Origin: Ylistrum balloti
Lineage: Eukaryota
Reading direction: 5' to 3'
NCBI RefSeq assembly: GCF_031769215.1
Contig: NW_026781978.1
Coordinates: 1,488,001-1,552,000 of the forward strand
DNA length: 64,000 bases
The position numbers and the translations under genes are program-made. The notes beneath the pieces are model-generated. The model did no database searches. It was not told the origin of the DNA and saw only the letters and a list, made by a program, of their open reading frames with translations. This document shows, piece after piece, positions 53,201 to 64,000 of the stretch (its first letter is position 1; each line of letters begins with the position of its first letter).

Positions 53201-56200
53201 ATGTCTTGGTCAAAACTTGTCACTTAAATTATCGTGGTTATAATATAATCTTATATCTATGCAGCATGAATTTACTTTAGAACAAGAAGCCTGTGGGCTT
53301 TTAATGGTCATCTGACTTTAAAACCTATATATGGCCAAGGCCTAATGGGCCTGAATTGCTCACCTGTTCTACAGCTTACTAATAAGATTTTGTTAGTTCA
53401 TAAGTCAATTTATGCAAAATTGAGATCCTGTTCATCATACATGCCACTACACAAATACCATGACCTATTGCATGTTGAATGAAGAAATTTCAAGTTCTCA
53501 ACACATTTGAAAGATGAAAGATTTTTACACATTGCACTCCTGTGACCTTGAAAGTTCATTCATTTGAACAAATTTGGTAGTTCATTGTCCCAGCATGGTC
53601 CAAGCAAAATATAAACACCCTGAGGTTTTTGGTTATTGAGAAGAATTTGTTTAAAGATCTTAATACATTTGAGCAATGTGACCTTGAAATATGGTCAAGG
53701 TCATTCATTTAAACAATATTGGTAGCCCTTCTTCCCAGCATTGTACAAGTCAACAGTTGTTTGAATAGAAATTTTAAGCACTGTGATGAATGAAAGGTGA
53801 TGGTTATAGGTCACTCTAACCCTTCAGATCAACTTTAGAGCTAATTGATTATCAGGAATCACATTTGAGAATTAATCAGGTTGATTATTTACTGTAGTGT
53901 TTGAGGACTACTTGAGCAATCATTATACGTATTGCCTTATTATATATATTATCATTCATAGGCTCTGGTGGCACAAAATTTATTTCAAATTATGAATATA
54001 AGTGAATAATTTTGATGAAGAAGTGGATTGTAGATGATTATCAATTTAAACAGATTCACTCAAATGAAAACTTAATCCATCTTCTCCGGCTTAATATTGA
54101 AAATCATCAGCGTACAATCGAAAATCTTACTCACCCACCAATTAGATTACCAGCTAGATTAAGTGACTGTAGATTTTCTAGAGTCTGTAATCCTTCTGTT
54201 TATGAACAGAAATAAAAGAAAATACAAATTATCAGGAATGTACATGTAACACTGCATGATCTATGATGCATAGATGAATCAATGTGTAAATACTTTCCAT
54301 TCTGAAATTACAAAGACGAAATGATGCTCACTATAGATGAAGAGGGTAGAGGAGTCAATGCCAGTCTAATATCTGTAGGATCCCATTGTAGCATGATCCG
54401 TCAAGAGTGGTTAACAATACGTATGCTGAGAGTCAATCAATATCAGCAATAAAACATTGCAGGTAGGAATGTTCTCTAACCACTTACCACCTGACAGTCA
54501 ACATTCCAGCGGGTATTGTACCTTATGTTAAAGCATTGAGAAAGATAAGTACACAAGAATGTAGATGTCACTATGCTGTAACTTTCAGGGACTACTGAGA
54601 CAGGAAGTTCTTATCAACAAGTCCTAAAATTGCTTTAATATTGTACCTTATGTTAAAGCATTGAGAAAGATAAGTACACAAGAATGTAGATGTCACTATG
54701 CTGTAACTTTCAGGGACTACTGAGACAGGAAGTTCTTATCAACAAGTCCTAAAATTGCTTTAATATAAGTATATCAATAAGCCATTTATTTCAATTTTCA
54801 TTTGGACTGATTCTCAAGAGGATCTCACCTAAGATTTGATGAACTCATTCCATGCAACTATAAGCAACCATAAAATAAACCAGAGATTAGTGATGTCCAA
54901 GTGGACTGTATAAATATTTGTTTTCATTAGGAAGGACAACTCTTTAATAAAAACACCTAATTCCTTTCTTCTTATCTGATATCATTTTCATAATCATCGA
55001 AGATTTTGAAAGTATAGAACAATGTAATGTCACATAAACAAAGCAAAGTGACTTGTCACAAATTCCAAACCCACTGTCCTTTATGTCATAGTAACACATA
55101 TATTCCAAGGGTTGCAAATTTGTGCGAAATCTCTTTGGTACAAGGTACCACTTTAGGACTTCTTTAGGAGCTGAAATTTGTTGCATAACTATCTTTGCCC
55201 TGACAAGCCATAAGTGGCATAACCAGTCAGCATGAATTAATAAAAGTATTCCACATCCTTGTTTAATATTGAGAACACTCTTATACATACGATGTTTCAG
55301 TATATGGATGTAGTGCAGAAACTGTATACTTACTATTTAGTTTAAAAACCATTGAAATCCTTCTAAATCAATACAAACAAGACATGTTTGAAACTAAATG
55401 TGTAAAGATTTCAAGCTCACCTAGAGATATTATTCTATTAGCAGAAAGATTTAGGGTTGTCAAGTTGGTAAGCCCTGCTAGTTTGGTAAGCTTTGTTATA
55501 TCATTTCTTGATAAATTCGCTCGCTCCAATCCAGTACACTCGCCTATGCATCCAAGATCAGAAATACCTGAAAGTTTAAGGAATAAGAATGTACATCGAA
55601 ATTGTGTAAAAAAAAAAAAAGGGGGGGGGGATTGAATCATGCATAAGCTGGATAACAATAGTGATAGAGCACACTTCAGCAACCAGTAAACTGTCAATCA
55701 AACCCTCAATTTCTAACTATTTCAAATTTTCTTGTCCGCATTATTAGATGTCCGGATTAATAATGGTGTTATAGTGCCATGGTACTTATTTTAAATTTAC
55801 CACTGGATAATTAGGTGTAGCCTCCCTCCATTCATATTTCAAATCTTGAATTGTCTGACATGCAGCTTCGAGATTGTTACAGTTGGCACGTACTCTTTAA
55901 AAGTAGGAGATGGGAGATGGACACATTAGTCAGTAAATGACACTTCACAGTCCACATAAATAAACCAATTTACAGTATTTGTCTTTTACGTTAGACCTAC
56001 CTAATTCTCTCAAATTAATGGAATGTATGCTTTCCAGTTCGAACTCCCCACTCCTGGTCTTCAGCAGTGCTTTTGTTACTTTGCCTTCTGAAAATACATT
56101 CCCCAAATTAATTTCTTAAAATACAAATTATGCCAAGAATTAGAACGATGAAAAACACAAATACAGCGTATAACCTATCACTACGTATACATTTGTATTA

Positions 56201-56233
56201 GTACAATAATATTCTACAACATAAACCTTCCAT
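50214..56233 (-). CDS. LRRC61: Leucine-rich repeat-containing protein 61, 248 aa
   Basis: Exons (minus) 56233-56227, 56087-56001, 55567-55421, 54195-54135, 53032-52887, 52231-52163, 51700-51572, 50314-50214 = 747 nt, all GT-AG and in phase. LLKTRSGEFELESI…LGCIGECTGLE…NPFC…IDGERVHGRGSE matches recalled LRRC61. Confidence 0.9.
50410..51190 (-). mobile_element. Non-autonomous Helentron-like element with an internal ~250-bp duplication, in the last LRRC61 intron
   Basis: Starts TTTTAGGTCGCCTGAGCTGAAGGCTC; segment ~50498-50748 recurs at ~50921-51185; repeated GACCAAACTTG…AAGCATCCCC modules. Confidence 0.7.
53280..53830 (+). mobile_element. Degenerate Helentron-like element(s) in an LRRC61 intron
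   Basis: AACAAGAAGCC…, GGCCTAATGGGCCTGAATTGCTCACCTG, TGTGACCTTGAA modules, end ATAGGTCACTCTAACCCTTCAGATC. Confidence 0.55.
54514..54766. repeat. Perfect 125-bp tandem duplication
   Basis: TATTGTACCTTATG…AAATTGCTTTAATA starts at 54514 and again at 54639, with no differences seen. Confidence 0.95.
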
Positions 56234-56310
56234 TTGGCTGTTTCACTCCTCTCTGTTTGTATCCTCTGATTCTAGGATTCTGACTGTCAGTTCATCCTTT
56301 TTGGTTGCGA

Positions 56311-57210
56311 CTGTAAACAAAAGTGATACACTAGAACACATTTGCATAACAAAAACAAAATTTCAAATTTTGTGAAATAAGTGCTAAGCATGAAACGAAT
56401 TGTTAAAATGTTTTAATGTAAAGTGATTTTGAATCGTGCAGAATATACTGTACTTTTTTTATAAAGAAATTATGCAACACATTTAAAAGTAAATGCTATC
56501 ATTGAATAGTATTTCCTGTTAACATCCGGGTACCCAACTTGGCGGCTACTTTCAATATGGCTACCCTGTCACATCACTGAAAAATCTGCAGCCTTTCCAA
56601 GCGTATCTGTGTTGTTACCCCGATTTAAACATACTATACGAAATCTTTATATACGGTAGGAACCACGAAACAATACTGGTTAGCAACAACACGCCAGATA
56701 TGCTATCGTTTTCTTGCAATTAGTAGGCAACAATATTTTTAAAACTCGAAAGTTCAAGTTCGTTCCTGTTTTCATGAATTCGATGCATTTCATGATCAGG
56801 GTAAGCGGTTGTGGACATAACATTGGCGTTATATTTATACCCGTCTTGTTTGTTCCATGTACACATATTTAAAATTTAATGATTCAGCGAAAACGGATAA
56901 TTGTTTTTGTGAAACTTCATTTGTCCCATTAGTTAGCCACCGTAATAGCTAGCGCCGTAGTGGGACATGAATTTTTGTTGCTGTTGTGGTGGTGGAGGGG
57001 GTATACTTTGCACTGCAGCAGTATAGAGTAGACAGACTGCTCCTGCAGATGATTCATGCAAATTCTAAGCGTTTCAGTTAATGTCATTGCATGCATATGT
57101 ATATCTATATATGAAATATTGCTTTGTCATTTGTAATGTACTTACTTAATTTAGTGTTTCTTTTATTCTCATTTGGTTTAGATGGATAATCAATAATAGT
57201 GCACATCTAG
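56311..57210. promoter_or_regulatory. Putative bidirectional promoter and non-coding first exons of LRRC61 and HAUS6
   Basis: LRRC61's ATG exon has an acceptor at 56311-56312 and HAUS6's ATG exon one at 57209-57210, so both need upstream exons; + strand donor CAGG|GTAAGC at 56801. The ATGs are only ~1 kb apart, head to head. Confidence 0.5.
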
Positions 57211-57231
57211 ATTTGCAAGACAATTGTCAAA

Positions 57232-60200
57232 ATGGGTGACACACTGGAATTGAAGCAGATGCTGTTTACCAACCTACAGCTGTTGGGCTTTGATACTGGA
57301 GCGATGGAAGCCTCATATTGTGTACCATTTAATAAGTATGTTAGATCCACACATGGGTTGTTATATCAAGTCTTACTTGTTTTAGGAACAATCCTATTAT
57401 AGCAGTTATTCATACTAAACATGTTGTGTTAAAATATAATTGCACTTATTGCAGTTTTCTGTATGCCATTGATATAACAATTATTATGAATGCATGAATT
57501 CATCATTGCACTTATTTATTCAAATTTGAAATTGCTCTAAAATTGATTACATCAAAATAAGAGTGTTTACAGTATCACAAAATATTTATGATTTCCTAAA
57601 TGAGTGAGAAACATAAAAATAAAAATGCTGATAATAATGTTAGCAAAATTAAAAGCTTATATGAAAGGAAATTTCAACATTTGAGCTTAGAAAAGACACA
57701 TAGATGCAAAAAGAAAAAAGGCTGGTATTTATCAAAGTGCCTAGCAATGGCTGCCTTTGTGAAATAAGTATATTGGATAGCATGTTATAAGAGTTTGATT
57801 AAAACTTGTGTTTATTATTTATGTGATGTAAAATATTGGAAAGCAGTTATACAACTAGCTTGCCTCAGCTGATGATTATATTTGTACATTTACTATATCT
57901 GTGTTTAATTTGTATTTGATTGAAATGCTGGTTTAAATATTGTGGAAAGTATACCCTATTCAATATGTTATCTTTTGTTAGCATTTTACTATCAATGTCA
58001 TTATAAATTGTTTATTTTCAATATAAATCAATTTTTATTTTTCAGAAATATGTTTAACCTTCCAAACAAAAAAGGAGCTGAAGTAGTGTTATATTTTCTT
58101 TTTAACAAACTCAATCCAATTATGTGCAGAGAAGAATTCAGGTATGGCTGATATTCAGATATTGATGTTTAGAACTTATAACTGCCAAAGTTTCTTAATA
58201 TCTCAGAAGATGTTCAAGTAATTCAATTTTACTTTCAATGATGTGAAAAGTCTAATTCTAACAGTCCAATAAGTAAGATTAAATGTTTAAACTTTAAGGT
58301 ACATGCAGCTAAAGCCTTTAAGGGAAAGTCTTGCTTTGGGCATGTCATAACTTTATTCCTTAGTTTTTCTATCTCATCTTCCAGGTACAGGAATAATCTT
58401 TTCTGAACTGCTATATTAAAACGTTAACTGAAACAGAAAATCACTGGTCTTATCTTTAATCTGTTGTATGGGATAATGATACAATAATTGTACTGTATTG
58501 TAGAGACTGCTGGCCTGTACTTGATAAACAACAAGAGCAACAGTTTCGCAGAACATGTCACAATTGGCTGGTAAACATTACAAAGGTAATTAGACATGGA
58601 TATGATATAAAACAGAAGGATAAATGTTGCTGCTGATCAGGCCTTGAAACATCTCTGGTTGAAGTTGTGAGCTAGCTCTTGCCCTAGTCCTTGTAATACC
58701 AAAAACTTACTTATAGCAATTGAATAATTGTTATTATGATAATAGTTTTGGTATCGCACAGTGCATGAAAAAACACTGTCCATATCTAATCCTCACATTG
58801 TGCATTGTCCACACATCATGCACATACACTCACTTACCCACACACACAATACAACATTATCTAGCATACATCTGTGTGATAGGATGGCACAATTTGTGCG
58901 GTTTGGTGATATTGTTTGATCAATATTACAGATTAAAAATTAAGCAGAAAACTTATGTAGTTATGAATGAATAGCGACTATAGGCATATTGAATTTTGAT
59001 AAGTGATTATAATAGTTGTTGAAATACCACCTTATCCAGCACTAGTTTGTCTCTCTATTGTTTAGTGTCACACCTTGGTGAGTGGTGGATGGTGTGCTCT
59101 GGGCAACAACAATTACTTTTATACAGATGTATATATGTGACAGGCCCGTACTAACTAGGTCTCCGTTGTAACAAATACAACACTTAAAATATACCTGGGT
59201 ATTTATCTTTTTCTTTATGAAATGATAGAAAAACAAGAGTATTACAGATGAATTGAGTGCTCTGGTGTGTAGTTAAACTTTGTGGGTAGCTTCAGCAGTA
59301 GAATATTTATCGTTCAGTTATCATCCAACTTAGCTTAACTTGAAATACATCTTGAGCACTTTTTCTTACCTCTGGTAGGTATAGATACAAGTGTCACTGT
59401 AAATTGTATTTTCTGTTTCACTGACATGTTAGAATTTGCATTCACTAAAACTGGATGTTACCAACCTATTTCTTGAGTTGTAAATGTGTTTCATTTGTAC
59501 TATTCAGACAGAACCAGATACACACCTGCCTAGAATTGTTGCCTCACATTTCATGTCTCCAGGAGGGGGAAAATTTTACAATCTACTGTTTCACTTCTCA
59601 GGATATGTATTGAGGACAGTAATACGAACAGAAAATGGTAAGTTTGTAAACATGTGTCAGTTAATTTATCTATTTAGTTTATATTTGTCAATATTTATTA
59701 CCATATCTTCTACTTTGAAACGTTCAAATTTGTTTTGTAACAAATGCAGGTGTTAAAGAATTTGATCAGCTGCGGTACCCTCAGTTGTCCACTCAAACTG
59801 CCTCTCTTGGAGATGTGATGGCCAAAAACATTCAGTGTGCTGTAGCTCGACTCCGGAAGAAGTTTCTTGAGGAGTCACAGACTACACTAGTGCTAAACAG
59901 AGAGTGGAAGGAATATGCTAAGTATGTTGTAATAAGATAGAAAATTTTTGGACTTCTGTCTTACTTAACATATCATTGTTTTGGTAAATTTTCAAATCTA
60001 AACCATAGAACAGCTATTCCTTTCCAGGACTCCAGTTTGGTTTAGGTGTACACTACTAAAATTTATTAATTGATGATTTACTTAGATATAATAGGCAGTA
60101 AACTTAACCGTGGTACAAGTGATTTTGGAGTCCATGGATCAAGTAAATGTGTTACTGGAATTGTCCTTATTGTTATGTATTCCTTTCAAATGAAGGGAGG

Positions 60201-63200
60201 AAGAAAAATTGCCTTAGGCCCATGGGTCTCTTGGTTCTTTCTGTTTTGAGATGATAATGTCTGCCATCGGAATGAATATTGCCTTATTACTGGTTCTTCT
60301 GGTTCTTATTCTGGTTCTTCTAATAATTTCTTTTCCAGGCAACATAGACTTGATGAATTAAATTGAGCCTTATGTTGTATGACAGAATCAGTCTCACAAT
60401 TAAACGTGAGAAATTCTATGATATATATATATATTTGTCTATAGCCTTACATTCTCAGAGTCAGAATTAAGCAAACCTGGTAATCAAATGACTATAGTAG
60501 AGCTTTCAATTGTATGGCAGTGAACTGGTGAAAGACTATCGGAAGTTGTCCAAGGAGGTGAGAGAAGGAGAACACCTAGAACGAGTGGTAAAACAGCAGG
60601 CTGCAGAGGCTGCTGTGGTACGAGGCAGGTCAGTGTACCAGTCAATTAGGAAATAGTGAAACATTCACCCAATGTCAATTATCATCAATTAAGAGAATTT
60701 GTTAAAGACATTATTATAAAATAATAACATGTTTTCTACTTCCCATCAACTGAATACAATATATATATTAGATATGTTGAATATTAGTTTGTTTGTACTT
60801 TCTAGATCTCAGTTTTGTTATTGGAATGCAAAGATGTTGTATGTAATGATTCAAAGTTTACTCACCTTTACACTTCAGTCCTATGAGGAGGCGGCAATCA
60901 GACAGTTATGACAATGAATTGGATCCGCAGTCTACCAAACGCACTCAGAGAATACAGCAGGTAAGTTTATAGCAGTGTATAATGTATACCAATCTGGTTT
61001 TGCCTGTTGATGTACAGTTATATCTCTTTTTACTGACCAGTTTTATTTGAACCTTAGTTGTTCTGGATGGTAGTGTTATTAAAACTTTGATATTGACACT
61101 GCATGCTAACTAGTTTACTACTTCACAACTGATGTGAAAGGATCTATAACTTAAACAAAATCTGTCTGAAGAAGTAACTAGTTCTGTTATTATAAATATT
61201 CGCTGTTTACTATTAAAAATGATACAAATGAACTGAAATCATCTTCTAGGTACGTGACATGTGGAAGCAGGTCAATGATTTCTGTGAGCGTGAGGCTGCA
61301 GAGAGAGAAGTGATAGAATCCATTGTAGACCGAACCATGAGTCAACATAAAATTGATGCTGCTTCCATTAACATCAAGGTTCCTGACCTCCTTCTTAGAG
61401 AATGTGAGCAAGAAATCCGGCGGGTAAGTTGGTACCAACGAAAAGTCAAACCTTTCAAGTAAACTGTAGGGGAGAGCTGTCTGTCAATCACTACCAGAAA
61501 TCTATCTAGTGTATCTTGTGAAAATATCATGCTGTTTGATCCGCCTTCACGTCAATACTCTCCAACCATAACAAGGGTCATTGCCAAAGTGCTTAAAGCT
61601 TGTACTAATATGAAATGAAATTTGATTTAATGTTCCTCTAAGATTTATGTCTCATATTAATTGGTAGTCATTTGTTGATATGAAACTGTAAAATTTCACA
61701 GCTGACTGCTTTGAAAAAATTGCAATAAAATGTCATGGAATCGTTGACAGATTTAAAAGTGTAACAAAAACATTTCTCTACATATAGCTTTAAAATACTT
61801 TATATTATACATTAAAGTGTGAAGAGAGTGCAAACATCATGATTTATTCAGTTTCCCAGATATTGTGATTTATCTGAAATGCACACCTTTTAATCAGCGG
61901 CGATCACCTCTCTATTCGTAACACACATCTGTGATGTCACAAGTTCAATACTGTTAAAACAGCCCTGTAGAAATCTACTAGGAAGCTTCTATTGTAACTG
62001 TTACAGCGACATGTAGACAACACATTTCATGGAGGCAAGCTGAACCTAGTCAGTCTTCTTCAGTTATGGAATCTTTGTCTTCACTTATACATAGAACGAC
62101 TACACCAAGGTAAGGATTAACAGTGATAACATACAGAGGACTTTATCAATTAATTATTACTGATCACTCTAGTAGGTAATAAGGCCAAAACTGATGAAAT
62201 CAAGAATATGTTAGAAATATCTGTAAACGTAAAGGTTTAAGATTTTTGTATATTTACCAATTAGAAACCCCATGCATGATATATGTTGTACATATACATC
62301 TAAATTAGGGTTTTTGTAGAATCCAATTACTCAAGCATATTTAGCATATCAATATGTTCTTGCTAATTTGTCAAATTCAGGGCATTTCTGTTCCCTTAAT
62401 TAATGAATAAAGAAAAGTTAATTTTAGATTATGTGTGGATTACCCTGTATGATGTGTTTGCAGTAGGTGTACCAGACTTTACAGAGGAAATAGGATCTGT
62501 CACCAAACAGGTCCATACTAACCATGCTTACCTGACAAATACAAGGACTCTGAAGAAGGAACTGGCAAACAACCTGCCAAAACTGAAGGAGTCTGTAGAG
62601 CATCTCCGGGAAAGTCTGGATAGTCACACTATCCAGAACAGCACTCCACGCAGTGAACGGTCAACAGTATGTGAATCTTAATCTTCCTAAATCATAATAA
62701 AAGAATGTGTCATGACCTTAACCCACTTGTCTCCTATGTCAATGTCATGACACGTCGCATGGTAGCTCTGCCACTTGTGACTTTTAACCCGAGGTCAGAT
62801 CAAGGTAGTGGATTGATGACATCTAAATTTCATTCACATAATAGCTCAGCTAGTGACACAAGGCTATCATCATACATCTGGTCAACAGTATCTATCATAA
62901 TCTTGTACATTACATACTTATTGATGATAATATTGAAATGCTTCTGACCAGACTCATTGTAGAAAGGAATTCCAATCTTTAATATAATCTTTGATATATG
63001 CTGTGAATACTGCAGTGGGATGTTTTCTTTATACAGTCACTTGGCTTGGGATTGTTAGAGCCATCACCCTCAGTATCCTTTACCCCTGGGCAAGCTACAA
63101 CTGGGGACATGCCTGAACCATCTGCTTTACGTCGCACTCCCCAAAATGGTTTGTCATAATATGTTGTAATCTTTCACGGATAACTTGAGTCATAAGTCAG

Positions 63201-63581
63201 AAAATTACATTTCTCAAGATGGTCTGTGGAAGATTTTGTGTAAACTAGAAAAACAGTCATCTTTATTGTGGTCTGGTCTTATATTAAATCTTTCATGCAA
63301 GCATTGATTTTGGTTTGTCATGTATATATTTTACTCTGATATATCTGTATTTCTATGTGCAGTATGATCTTATATTTGTTTGCTCACAAACAATTGCAAA
63401 CTTCTATTTGAGAAAAAATTGTGAATGTTTTGTCACAAACTGCAGAAACAACTCCAGAAGCTGCAAGTAAGTTAGCTGAAGGTGTATTGAAGACTGCAAG
63501 ACGAGTTAAAGGAAAACTGTTCCAAGGCTCTCCTGAGTATGTTCCTCAAGTCAACATCAACTCCTCAAACACTAAAAAGAA
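57232..63581 (+). CDS. HAUS6: HAUS augmin-like complex subunit 6, 5' part (continues beyond the window)
   Basis: Phase-consistent exons 57232-57335, 58046-58141, 58504-58585, 59508-59637, 59750-59921, 60521-60628, 60879-60960, 61250-61423, 62007-62109, 62464-62666, 63037-63148, 63446-63581. LFTNLQLLGFD…NMFNLPNKKGAEVVLYFLF…FRDCWP…FRR..HNWL…FMSPGGGKF is the HAUS6 N-terminal domain signature. Confidence 0.92.
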
Positions 63582-63710
63582 GTAGGTTGATGATGGGTCT
63601 TCCTCTAAACTTTGTTTCTTCTGATTTCATATAAATGATGTAAAAGACAGAACATACTCAAATTATCTTTTATAGGATTTGAAAGCAAATATTGAAGTAT
63701 GTACTTAATA

Positions 63711-64000
63711 ATAGGCAAACATCAATGTTGTGTACTAAATTACTGGCAAATATTGATGTTTGGTACAAAATTATAGCAAATGGCAATTTTAGGTATTAAA
63801 TGATTGGCAAATGTTTATGTTTGGGACTAATTGATAGCAAATATCAATGTTGGGTACTAAATATTAATTGCTAAATAACTGGCAAATATTTATGTTTGGT
63901 ACAAAATTATAGTAAATGGCCATTTTAGGTATTAAATGATAGGCAAATGTCTATGTTTGGGACTAATTGATAGCAAATATCAATGTTGGATACTAAATGA
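63711..64000. repeat. Degenerate tandem repeat: ~30-bp subunits in a ~136-bp higher-order unit (runs off the window)
   Basis: GCAAAT recurs about every 30 bp; the block CTGGCAAATATT…GATAGCAAATATCAATGTTGG recurs at 63743 and 63879. Confidence 0.85.

Overview
AT-rich, intron-containing animal DNA. The repeat content (V/Nin/Meta-like SINE bodies, Helentron-like ACAAGAGGCC...CAGGTGAGCTAAAA elements) points to a bivalve, probably an oyster; this taxonomic call is an inference. Five protein-coding genes were reconstructed by hand from splice sites and reading phase: an SLC10 bile acid:Na+ symporter (+, 3 coding exons), TAF1C (-, N-terminal exons partly unresolved), ANAPC11 (+), LRRC61 (-) and the 5' part of HAUS6 (+, runs off the window). 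The last four form a compact cluster of two head-to-head pairs. The first ~31 kb outside SLC10 is mostly decayed mobile DNA, including a hAT 3' remnant and a decayed ISL2EU/Harbinger-like DDE+SWIM transposase between ~325-bp inverted repeats. The most striking observation is a ~33-copy, 46-bp minisatellite in a TAF1C intron. Its unit is the gene's own 3' splice site plus the start of the next exon, giving an array of decoy acceptors of which only the last gives an open frame. Also notable are a likely U12-type intron in TAF1C and a 1-nt phase mismatch at ANAPC11 intron 1. Family assignments come from recalled protein and repeat motifs, not from database searches.
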